DNA of 10,142 nucleotides from the IMG/VR virus record IMGVR_UViG_2671180673_000014; one strand, 5' to 3'. Under the pieces are notes generated by a model. That model worked only from the letters and a program-made list of their open reading frames with translations. It was not told where the DNA came from and did no database searches. The stretch comes from a virus. Taxonomy: Duplodnaviria; Heunggongvirae; Uroviricota; Caudoviricetes. The position numbers were made by a program, and so were the translations under genes. This document shows, piece by piece, positions 1 to 6,588 of the stretch; the stretch's first letter is position 1; each line of letters starts with the position of its first letter.

Positions 1-19
1 CTATTTGATAAATATTAAA

Positions 20-1315
20 TTAATTTTTCATTGCTTCGTTATGGGGCATGGTTGGGGCAAACTCGCTTAACTGTGTATTTAACAAAGCTACCTGTGCATT
101 ATTGTTTTCAGACATCCATTTTCCGTATACCTGAAATACCATTTGCGCATCTGCATGGCCCATCTGGTTTGCTATAAATGCCGGGTTAGCACCAGCTGTC
201 AGCGACCAGCAGGCATAAGTATGTCTCGACTGATATGATTTTCGATGGCGGAGTCCGGCACGTTTTATCGCTGCGTCCCACATCTGCCTTATTGAGTCAA
301 CGGTAAAATGGTCACCATAATTTTTTACTCTCGCTGACACTTCAGGTTGAAAAACAAAGGTGCATTTTTGTTTTTCTGTTCTGCCATACTCTCTGAGGTG
401 AACATCAATGATATGCTCTTTGCTCAGTCTCGTTAATGTCATCTGACTCCGGAGAGCGTCGATTGCTGGCTTAATAAGATGAATGACCCGATTGGTTCCC
501 GCCTGTGTTTTTGGTACCGTGAAACGGTCTTTTGCTAAATTTCTCCTGATCATCATTGTTCCATTTTTCAGATCTATGTCCTCCCATCCAAGTGCACACA
601 GCTCACCAGGGCGAACTCCAGTATAAACAGAAACACACCATAAATTTTTTGCTTGCTGATTTCTGCACGCATCGATAAGACGGATAAATTCTTCCCGCGA
701 AAGAGGATCCGGAATGGTTCTTGATTCCTTTAATGGCGAGATCCCCTTAAACGGATTATCTGCCAGGTAACCGTTATCAACACCAAACTGGAACACGGCG
801 TTAAGATTTGTCATGTAATTATTTACAGTTACAGCCGATCTCCCTGGTTGTGTAACAATATAGTTACTTTTGGGGATCTGGTATCCAGTCAGTAACTCTT
901 TACGAACCTCCAGTAATTTTTCTTTATTAATCGATGAGGCAAGATTTTTTTCACCGATTATGCTCAGGATATTTTTGATGACGGCACGGTATGTGTTGAG
1001 TGATGTTTTGGCGACTTCAGTTTCTTTCAGTGCCAGAAATTTTTCAGCCAGTTCTTTTATGGTTAAATCTTGTCGGGCCTCACCAAATTTTTCCAGATTG
1101 CGTGAGGAGGGAAACTGTTTTGCATAGTCGAAAACACCAGTTTTTATTGCGTAACAAACAGAGGAGCGTAGTTCACCTGCAACGCGCCTGTTTTTTGCTG
1201 TGTCAGGAACCCCCAGATTTTCCCTGACTCTTACGTCTTTATAAACAAACCAGATACGTAATTTCCCTCCATGGTTTTCCACGCCTGTCGGATATTTCAT
1301 TTCAACTTCTCTCAT
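20..1315 (-). CDS. Phage integrase, tyrosine recombinase of the lambda Int family (431 aa as drawn; alternative in-frame ATG at 1298-1300 gives 426 aa)
   Basis: Long minus-strand ORF at the element edge. The translation shows the catalytic-domain signature: conserved Arg in TGVRPGE, the SRHTYACW box (H-x-x-R-like), and a C-terminal Tyr in VYGKW. It sits directly downstream of a small Xis-like ORF, the canonical xis-int arrangement. Stop TAA at 20-22. Confidence 0.9.
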   Translation of the reverse strand: MREVEMKYPTGVENHGGKLRIWFVYKDVRVRENLGVPDTAKNRRVAGELRSSVCYAIKTGVFDYAKQFPSSRNLEKFGEARQDLTIKELAEKFLALKETEVAKTSLNTYRAVIKNILSIIGEKNLASSINKEKLLEVRKELLTGYQIPKSNYIVTQPGRSAVTVNNYMTNLNAVFQFGVDNGYLADNPFKGISPLKESRTIPDPLSREEFIRLIDACRNQQAKNLWCVSVYTGVRPGELCALGWEDIDLKNGTMMIRRNLAKDRFTVPKTQAGTNRVIHLIKPAIDALRSQMTLTRLSKEHIIDVHLREYGRTEKQKCTFVFQPEVSARVKNYGDHFTVDSIRQMWDAAIKRAGLRHRKSYQSRHTYACWSLTAGANPAFIANQMGHADAQMVFQVYGKWMSENNNAQVALLNTQLSEFAPTMPHNEAMKN

Positions 1316-1334
1316 TAGTTAGTGTGGCTTTTAG

Positions 1335-1586
1335 TCAAGTAAGATGACGTCTTGGTCTCGCTGATGCCTGGCGCTCAATCCAGCGATCAATTTCTTCCAG
1401 GTTGTAAAAGCATGGACTGTTATCCCATGGCATACCGTCATGAGCGACATGCTTATATTCCCTTCCTTCCATAAACGATTTTTCCCGGGCCTTTTTTAAC
1501 GTACCTTTTTTTATTCCTTTCAGCGCAATTAACTGCTCTTCGGATACCCATTTGCCGGGAGAGACAATCATGATTACTTCGCTCAT
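1335..1586 (-). CDS. Excisionase-like small protein (83 aa; alternative start at 1569-1571)
   Basis: Small ORF immediately upstream of and co-oriented with the integrase, separated by 19 bp, with a basic lysine-rich N-terminal half. The call is by position and size; no motif was verified. Confidence 0.5.
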   Translation of the reverse strand: MSEVIMIVSPGKWVSEEQLIALKGIKKGTLKKAREKSFMEGREYKHVAHDGMPWDNSPCFYNLEEIDRWIERQASARPRRHLT

Positions 1587-1658
1587 CGATTTCTTTATCT
1601 CTTACATCAGACGAGCGCCGGTTGCAGAATACCAGTCACAACCGGCGACAGTTGAACA

Positions 1659-4130
1659 TTAAGAATCAGCCTGACTCGGGATCAGTTTTTGCCAGATAAC
1701 TGAAACGTATTTTGCCTGGTAACGGGCGTCATCAAGTGCATTATGGCGCTCACCTTCGAATGGAATAGCCGTTCTGGCATCGAAGTCTATGGCTTTCCCC
1801 AGCTCAACGATTGTGCGTACATCGCGATCGTTGTAGTAACGCCACGGGCAGGGGATCCCCTGCCGTTCGTATGAACGGCGCAAAATCGTGTTGTCGAAGT
1901 TGGCTCCATTTCCCCAAACCTGAACAAAAAATTCACCGGAGTTTTCGTCGATAAATTCTCGCAATTGTAACAGTGCATCATCTAACGGGATTTCATCGGT
2001 CATAATGGCAGATTGCGCTTCGCGTGATTGCTTAAGCCACCATTTAATGGTGTCCCGATCAATGACTCCGCCAGCAGTTTCCAGATCGATAGTCTTACTA
2101 AATTCCGGTCCCATATCTCCGGTTTGCGGATCGAAAAATATTGCACCTATTGAGATGATCGGGGCATCAGGATTTTTTCCCATGGTTTCAAGGTCGATCA
2201 TTAGATGGTCACACGTCCTGCTGGTGGATGTGATTTCGTGATGACCGTTCACCTTAATTGGGTGATCTGCCGTCTCGCCAGTTTCATTATCGCTATTGTG
2301 ATGCTGATTGCCGCCAGTGTTCTCCTTGTGTGGATGTTCAGCGCCTTCCATTTCCTCCGGATCATCTTCCTGAACTTCAACCTGATACTCTTCATCGAAT
2401 GTTTCTTGGTATGTTGCGTCGCCCATCACCGCGCCACAATCAGGGCAGTTGCCGCCGCCGGTCTGACCGCAGGCGGTGCAGACTTTTTCCACTTCCTGTT
2501 GCGCTACTGGTTCAGGCTGTTTCGTTTCTGGCTCGTTTTGTAACGCATTTGGACTGTTTTGTTCCGCTTTTTGGTAGTTCCGTTCCGATTCATGCTGGTT
2601 CTGGTTCACAGAATCGCGGGTCTGGAGCCCCTTAACCCATTTCGGATCATTCGGGTCACTAATCCCTTCAACAAATTCACCACGTGATGCAGCAAGCAAC
2701 TTATCGGCGTCAGGCTGGCTGATATTGGCTGCCTGCATAATTTTGTTTACTTCGTCAGCGGTAACTTTTATCGGCTCTGGTTGTTCTGAATCTTCAGCGG
2801 TATCTACATTTTGCGGTAAGCCCGTGTATGTGCCATTTTTTCGGGCAAAATATTCTTCTTTTGTGATTTCAGTGGCGCCAGCAGCCAGTGCCTTATCCAG
2901 ACCAGAGAGTTTGTTTGCGCGACCGTATTTTTCTCCGTCCTTATCTGCGAAGAGGAAATAGAACGGCCCCTCACGCTCTACAGATGGTTCAGCTTCCGGC
3001 GCGGTTTCATTTTTTGGGATATCAGATACCTCAGTTTCCACTGCATCAGTTTGTGTTTCTGATGACTGGAGAACATCAACAGTGCCCAGGTCTGTTTCTT
3101 CATTCTCAAACACGCCCTTTGTCGTCAGGTATTCGCAGATATATTTGTTCAGTGCTACGGGATCTTTGTGAATGTCGATCGGACGCTCACGGACAAGGCC
3201 AAAAATAGTTTGGCGGTCGTAGCGAAGGGCATCAGGCTGTTTGCGCATTGATGCCGAGATACGCTTCCAGTCTTCGCGGTCGTTGTCGATAACTTCTTTT
3301 TTTGCCCAGCGATGGATGCTGCCGTCAATGTTTCCGGCATCCACATCACTAGGCCAGAGAGCGTAGGCCAGTTCGTCATCCAGTGTTTTCCATGTCTGCT
3401 TGTATTCGCGATGAATGGCAGCAATGACCGGGCTGATTTTTCCTGTTGAATTTTCAGTGTACTGTTGATTGGCTCTGGCGCGGGCGAGATCAACAACAGA
3501 CGTGTATTTTCCGGTTTCCTTGCGTTCACCTTCGCGACGTTTTTTCCAGATGCGCATCTCTGCCTGAATTTCGGGCCATTTAGCACCAGGAATACATTTA
3601 TGCTTAACCCACCCAATGGCGTGCAACTTAAGCTCCGGATACATGGCGTTAACTTCTGGCATTTTCATCAACGCTTCAACGATATGTCCGTCGAATGTTG
3701 CCATGTCTTCCTGCAACAATTCCTGTGCGCTAATAACCATATCAACGGTGATGTTTTCACATGTGTCGAACTTAACCATGACAGCGTTCTGTACTTCAGG
3801 GGCCAGCTTGTCAAAAGTGACGTTCATCGGATCGGATTCAGTCTCAACCGGGACAAAAGAAGCAGACTCCTCATCCCAGCGGTTTTCCTGCATATATTCA
3901 GCATCCCATGAATCGAGGGCAGGGCGGGGTATGCCAGGTTTATCCTCGCAGACAATAAATTTATAAGCGCAGTCCTGAGCAGCCGGATAATGTTCCAGGA
4001 ATTGCCAGTGAAATTTTGCTCGAGCACGGCGTTCGTCGCCAGCTTCAATGGCTGTGGCTACAGCCACAGCGCCTTCTTCCCTTGTTGCCAGTTCGTCAGG
4101 AATAGCGGCGCAAATAAAGACTTTACTCAT
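1659..4130 (-). CDS. Exodeoxyribonuclease VIII-like large protein with C-terminal DnaQ-type (DEDDh) 3'-5' exonuclease domain (823 aa from ATG at 4128-4130)
   Basis: The ORF as drawn starts on TTG at 4166; the in-frame ATG at 4128-4130 is preceded by AGGT about 8 nt upstream, giving MSKVFICAAIPDELATREEG. The C-terminal ~180 aa carry DEDDh motifs: MIDLETMG (codons at 2181-2204), WGNGANFD and HNALDDARYQ. A C-x2-C-x7-C-x2-C knuckle (VCTACGQTGGGNCPDCG, about 2427-2483) and a long acidic linker lie upstream. It occupies the lambda exo/bet position between ydfD and xis. Confidence 0.8.
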   Translation of the reverse strand: MSKVFICAAIPDELATREEGAVAVATAIEAGDERRARAKFHWQFLEHYPAAQDCAYKFIVCEDKPGIPRPALDSWDAEYMQENRWDEESASFVPVETESDPMNVTFDKLAPEVQNAVMVKFDTCENITVDMVISAQELLQEDMATFDGHIVEALMKMPEVNAMYPELKLHAIGWVKHKCIPGAKWPEIQAEMRIWKKRREGERKETGKYTSVVDLARARANQQYTENSTGKISPVIAAIHREYKQTWKTLDDELAYALWPSDVDAGNIDGSIHRWAKKEVIDNDREDWKRISASMRKQPDALRYDRQTIFGLVRERPIDIHKDPVALNKYICEYLTTKGVFENEETDLGTVDVLQSSETQTDAVETEVSDIPKNETAPEAEPSVEREGPFYFLFADKDGEKYGRANKLSGLDKALAAGATEITKEEYFARKNGTYTGLPQNVDTAEDSEQPEPIKVTADEVNKIMQAANISQPDADKLLAASRGEFVEGISDPNDPKWVKGLQTRDSVNQNQHESERNYQKAEQNSPNALQNEPETKQPEPVAQQEVEKVCTACGQTGGGNCPDCGAVMGDATYQETFDEEYQVEVQEDDPEEMEGAEHPHKENTGGNQHHNSDNETGETADHPIKVNGHHEITSTSRTCDHLMIDLETMGKNPDAPIISIGAIFFDPQTGDMGPEFSKTIDLETAGGVIDRDTIKWWLKQSREAQSAIMTDEIPLDDALLQLREFIDENSGEFFVQVWGNGANFDNTILRRSYERQGIPCPWRYYNDRDVRTIVELGKAIDFDARTAIPFEGERHNALDDARYQAKYVSVIWQKLIPSQADS

Positions 4131-4222
4131 TTGTTTTAACCTCATGACAGATTTAAGGATGAACAAATCCCTGCCATTGCTGGCATATAAGAATGAAACC
4201 GGATATTTATTACGGAACTGTT

Positions 4223-4414
4223 TTAAAGACCTGCCGGGATTTCGATATTATCCTGGTGAATAACTTTATCGACCGGGTAACAGTTACCGGGAATTTTCTG
4301 TTCGGTTGCTGCAGTCATACACTCCTGCATTGTCCTGTGAACACTGACTGCAATATCAACTGGCTCTCCGGAAACAAGAAAAACTGTCAGAACAAGCACA
4401 AATGCTGAATTCAT
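4223..4414 (-). CDS. ydfD: YdfD-like small lysis protein (63 aa) with N-terminal hydrophobic segment
   Basis: Translation MNSAFVLVLTVFLVSGEPVDIAVSVHRTMQECMTAATEQKIPGNCYPVDKVIHQDNIEIPAGL matches my recollection of K-12 YdfD. Its ATG (4412-4414) overlaps the dicB TGA stop (4411-4413) as ATGA. Confidence 0.8.
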   Translation of the reverse strand: MNSAFVLVLTVFLVSGEPVDIAVSVHRTMQECMTAATEQKIPGNCYPVDKVIHQDNIEIPAGL

Positions 4415-4599
4415 TGTGCACATCCTTTTGGCATCAGACGTAAACGAGCCAGCATTGAAACAATGCATATTTTATTTAATAGCTCCCGTTCGTGTTTTCT
4501 CTTGTTAATGGCATCTTCAGTAAATACTGGGTTACTGATAGTGACACCAATTTCAAAACAACCTTCAGACGTATTAACGTTTGGTAATAACGTTTNCAT
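4411..4599 (-). CDS. dicB: Cell division inhibitor DicB (62 aa); codon 2 contains an ambiguous base (n at 4596)
   Basis: Translation M-X-TLLPNVNTSEGCFEIGVTISNPVFTEDAINKRKHERELLNKICIVSMLARLRLMPKGCAQ. ATG at 4597-4599 with GAGGA 9 nt upstream on the minus strand. The longer 97-aa ORF in the track is an upstream in-frame extension without a credible start. Confidence 0.85.
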   Translation of the reverse strand: MXTLLPNVNTSEGCFEIGVTISNPVFTEDAINKRKHERELLNKICIVSMLARLRLMPKGCAQ

Positions 4600-4773
4600 T
4601 ATCGCGTCCTCAACAATGAATTTTGTGATGCNGTGCCTGGTGCNTCCAGGTGACGTTAACCAGTTAACAATTAACGCCGGATACAGAGAATCCACCCATA
4701 ACACTGTTTTTGGTTTTAACTGTTCCGCGTGCGCTCAGCCGCATTCACCNCATCACAAAATTCACTTTAAAAA

Positions 4774-4826
4774 GGGCGGCAGAGCAGTCACGGAGTAAAA
4801 CTGATACCGCCAAACGTCACCAGAAA
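4774..4826 (-). ncRNA. dicF: DicF small regulatory RNA (53 nt), antisense regulator of ftsZ and other mRNAs
   Basis: The reverse complement of 4774-4826 is TTTCTGGTGACGTTTGGCGGTATCAGTTTTACTCCGTGACTGCTCTGCCGCCC, followed by TTTTTAAAG. This matches the K-12 DicF sequence as I recall it, including the GGCGG...CCGCC 3' hairpin and U-tract. It lies between ydfC and dicB as in the K-12 dicB operon. Confidence 0.85.
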
Positions 4827-5166
4827 ATTGATAACAGAGGGCGTTGCAGCGGGGTTGTCACTTAAGCGTATGGTCAACCTGACAACCCGGTGTCCTCAAC
4901 GGGGAAGGAATAACCCCGCCATACTNACCGCCGCGCCATTTCGCGGNTTGCCACAACCGGAAGCGCACGGTCGACGAAAATTTAACGACAGGCTATCTAT
5001 GAACCAGCTACCTCGCCGTGCGCTTTCGCGTTATGGTCTGACTTTTCAGGGAAATATCCTTTCAGTAAACTGTCAGTTCCGGATGCGCACCCGTGTCCGG
5101 CGCACGCACTCCACCTCACCCGTGGAGAACTCCTTAATTACTAACCTTAGCTTTGTTGATTAGCTA

Positions 5167-5385
5167 CTAACGCGGGTATGTAATCATTCTGGCAATGCTT
5201 AATGCCGCTGCTTTTTCCAGATTGGTGATATCCTGCTCCAGAGCGGACAGATTTTCAGCCTGCTTAGCCCTGGCTTCATTAGCCCATTTCAGATCCTGCG
5301 CTGCATTAATTTTCTGGCGCATCCACTCATAAAGTTCATCATCGGTATAGTCTGGCGCGATGATGACGGGTTCTCGTTTCTGCAT
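5167..5385 (-). CDS. ydfC: YdfC-like protein (72 aa)
   Basis: ORF MQKREPVIIAPDYTDDELYEWMRQKINAAQDLKWANEARAKQAENLSALEQDITNLEKAAALSIARMITYPR. ATG at 5383-5385 is preceded by GAGGAA. Position and sequence match my recollection of K-12 YdfC. Confidence 0.8.
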   Translation of the reverse strand: MQKREPVIIAPDYTDDELYEWMRQKINAAQDLKWANEARAKQAENLSALEQDITNLEKAAALSIARMITYPR

Positions 5386-5414
5386 ACTGATTCCTCGCGG
5401 TGCTGTTTCGCTTA

Positions 5415-5543
5415 TCAGCCGTTAGATTTTGCCGAACTGGAAAGCGCCTGTTTAAACTCACTGAAGCTGAGAGCTTCTTCGCCTTCGGCAAGGCCTTCGA
5501 AGTATTCTTCGTAAGCCTTTTCCATGATTGTGTCGAAATCCAT
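5415..5543 (-). CDS. ydfB: YdfB-like small protein (42 aa); absent from the supplied ORF track because it is below the length cutoff
   Basis: Hand translation of the minus strand from ATG at 5541-5543 gives MDFDTIMEKAYEEYFEGLAEGEEALSFSEFKQALSSSAKSNG, ending at TGA 5415-5417. AGGTGA lies upstream. The start is 1 nt after the ydfA stop. Confidence 0.7.
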   Translation of the reverse strand: MDFDTIMEKAYEEYFEGLAEGEEALSFSEFKQALSSSAKSNG

Positions 5544-5544
5544 A

Positions 5545-5700
5545 TCACTCACCTGAGTTTCTTTCCAGCCAGCGACGGGCACCATTTTCGGTTTTAAACG
5601 TTTTGCTTTTGGTATACGTCATTGCGGTGAACGTGCCGTCCTGGTTTGGAAACACGCCGTACACCAGAGATTCGTTGTTGCCAAGATCGATAGTATCCAT
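5545..5700 (-). CDS. ydfA: YdfA-like small protein (51 aa)
   Basis: ATG at 5698-5700 preceded by GAGGT. Translation MDTIDLGNNESLVYGVFPNQDGTFTAMTYTKSKTFKTENGARRWLERNSGE. The longer track ORF (to 5778) is an upstream extension running into the promoter. Confidence 0.75.
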   Translation of the reverse strand: MDTIDLGNNESLVYGVFPNQDGTFTAMTYTKSKTFKTENGARRWLERNSGE

Positions 5701-5777
5701 GCTGACCTCATTTCCCCTTAACGCTGGGGTAGCGGAACTGTTTGCTGAGAACACCGTGCGGTGTGTTGATGCAAACA

Positions 5778-5806
5778 AGATTAGCCATGACTAACATATC
5801 GGTCAA
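5778..5806 (-). promoter_or_regulatory. Sigma70-type promoter of the leftward dicB operon
   Basis: On the minus strand: -35 TTGACC (plus 5801-5806), 17-bp spacer, -10 TAATCT (plus 5778-5783). It lies about 70 nt upstream of ydfA, and operator-like palindrome O3 overlaps the -10. Confidence 0.55.
5781..5794. promoter_or_regulatory. Operator-like palindrome O3 (TTAGC-CATG-ACTAA) within the dicB operon promoter
   Basis: 14-bp inverted repeat with the same architecture as O1 and O2 in the dicA-dicC intergenic region. It overlaps the -10 and spacer of the leftward promoter. Confidence 0.5.
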
Positions 5807-5866
5807 GTGATTTTGTATGCTATAGCTAACATGATTGATGTAGTAAAAGATAACTCATTGATGATG

Positions 5867-6274
5867 TTATCTTTTATTTGTCCGCTGACGGGCTTTTAGT
5901 AATTCTTCAAAGAGTTTATTGAAGTTTTTTACTCGAGCTCGCATTTCGGCGAGCTGGGTATCCTGTTCTGATTCTGGCAGTGCATTAAACAGCTCAAGGA
6001 GCTCTAGTTCTTTGGGGGATAAGGCAACTGGCTTCTCAACAGGTGGTGTTGGTTGCTTGTCTTCATCGCCAAATAGAATCCATGTTGGTGAGCATTGCAA
6101 TACTTTGCTGAGGGCAAAAAGGTTCTTCCCTGTAGGTTCACTATCACCCCGTTCCCATTGTGATACAGACACATGGGAGATTTTCAGGGCTTTAGCAAGA
6201 GACCTTTGGGTGTGTTTGAGGTTTTTCCGACGATACCTGATGCGTTCGCCGATAGTTAAATTTTTTGTTTCCAT
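5867..6274 (-). CDS. dicA: DicA repressor, XRE-family HTH, cI-like (135 aa)
   Basis: Translation METKNLTIGERIRYRRKNLKHTQRSLAKALKISHVSVSQWERGDSEPTGKNLFALSKVLQCSPTWILFGDEDKQPTPPVEKPVALSPKELELLELFNALPESEQDTQLAEMRARVKNFNKLFEELLKARQRTNKR, with the helix-turn-helix at HTQRSLAKALKISHVSVSQWE. It is divergent from a Cro-like gene. Confidence 0.9.
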   Translation of the reverse strand: METKNLTIGERIRYRRKNLKHTQRSLAKALKISHVSVSQWERGDSEPTGKNLFALSKVLQCSPTWILFGDEDKQPTPPVEKPVALSPKELELLELFNALPESEQDTQLAEMRARVKNFNKLFEELLKARQRTNKR

Positions 6275-6276
6275 AG

Positions 6277-6290
6277 TTAGCTAATGCTAA
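6277..6290. promoter_or_regulatory. Operator-like palindrome O1 (TTAGC-TAAT-GCTAA) next to the dicA start codon
   Basis: Perfect 5-bp inverted arms with a 4-bp spacer, 3 bp from the dicA ATG (6272-6274). Confidence 0.5.
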
Positions 6291-6296
6291 ATCGTA

Positions 6297-6325
6297 TTGA
6301 CTATGTTTTTGTTAACATCTATCTT
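6297..6325 (+). promoter_or_regulatory. Sigma70-type promoter of dicC (rightward, Cro-like transcription)
   Basis: -35 TTGACT (6297-6302), 17-bp spacer, -10 TATCTT (6320-6325); predicted start site about 6332, with dicC ATG at 6358. Confidence 0.5.
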
Positions 6326-6343
6326 GTTAGTTATGACTAACAA
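6324..6343. promoter_or_regulatory. Operator-like palindrome O2 (TTGTTAGT-TATG-ACTAACAA; core TTAGT-TATG-ACTAA at 6327-6340)
   Basis: Perfect 8-bp inverted arms with a 4-bp spacer, overlapping the -10 and start site of the dicC promoter. Confidence 0.55.
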
Positions 6344-6357
6344 TAAAGGTGTTTTAA

Positions 6358-6588
6358 ATGCTTAAAACTGACGCTCTTTTGTATTTCGGTTCAAAAACAA
6401 AACTTGCACAAGCAGCAGGTATTCGTTTGGCTTCGCTTTATAGCTGGAAAGGGGATTTAGTTCCCGAAGGTCGCGCGATGCGTCTACAGGAGGCATCTGG
6501 CGGGGAGCTTCAGTATGATCCCAAAGTTTATGATGAATATCGTAAGACGAAGCGGGCGGGGCGGTTGAACAATGAAAATCACTCCTGA
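6358..6588 (+). CDS. dicC: DicC, Cro-like regulator (76 aa)
   Basis: Translation MLKTDALLYFGSKTKLAQAAGIRLASLYSWKGDLVPEGRAMRLQEASGGELQYDPKVYDEYRKTKRAGRLNNENHS. AGGTG lies 7 nt upstream. Divergent from dicA. Confidence 0.85.
   Translation: MLKTDALLYFGSKTKLAQAAGIRLASLYSWKGDLVPEGRAMRLQEASGGELQYDPKVYDEYRKTKRAGRLNNENHS

Noticed and set aside
870-1227. Plus-strand ORFs 870-1127 and 1000-1227
   Set aside because: Antisense shadow ORFs inside the integrase gene.
1787-4048. Numerous track ORFs inside or antisense to the exonuclease gene (for example 2005-2241, 2205-2543, 2258-2635, 2725-2961, 2888-3208, 3155-3616, 3465-3911, 3616-3966, 3824-4048, 1787-1981)
   Set aside because: All lie within the long, motif-supported minus-strand CDS in other frames or antisense; they lack independent support and show biased, low-complexity composition typical of shadow ORFs.
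1659-4130. Calling the large nuclease RecE of the Rac prophage
   Set aside because: The C-terminal domain shows DEDDh motifs rather than a RecB-like PD-(D/E)xK domain, and no RecT is adjacent; the element is Qin-like (dicA/dicB/dicF), not Rac-like.
4130-4166. TTG start at 4166 for the exonuclease (835 aa)
   Set aside because: The in-frame ATG at 4128-4130 has a better-placed AGGT ribosome binding site, and the protein then begins MSKVF.
4411-4704. 97-aa ORF as the dicB product
   Set aside because: The upstream 35 codons carry two ambiguous bases and no ribosome binding site; the internal ATG at 4597-4599 with GAGGA upstream gives the 62-aa DicB.
4463-5163. Plus-strand ORFs 4463-4798 and 4828-5163 (111 aa each)
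   Set aside because: Antisense to the dicB operon and DicF, contain ambiguous codons, have no ribosome binding site, and the region is explained by the sRNA and a structured precursor.
5339-5794. ORFs 5339-5548 (-), 5400-5597 (+), 5528-5794 (+)
   Set aside because: Alternative-frame or antisense overlaps of ydfA, ydfB and ydfC; the three short sense-strand genes with ribosome binding sites explain the region.
5847-5873. Hairpin AAGAUAAC-(11 nt)-GUUAUCUU directly at the dicA stop codon as an intrinsic terminator
   Set aside because: The stem is entirely A/U-rich with a large loop and a short U-run; too weak to call without a folding energy calculation. It may still attenuate read-through into the dicB promoter.
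5919-6284. Plus-strand ORF antisense to dicA
   Set aside because: Shadow ORF of a confidently identified repressor gene.
5867-6588. dicA/dicC as a toxin-antitoxin pair
   Set aside because: The divergent arrangement with shared operators and an HTH repressor opposite a Cro-like protein is a phage immunity switch, not a co-transcribed toxin-antitoxin operon.
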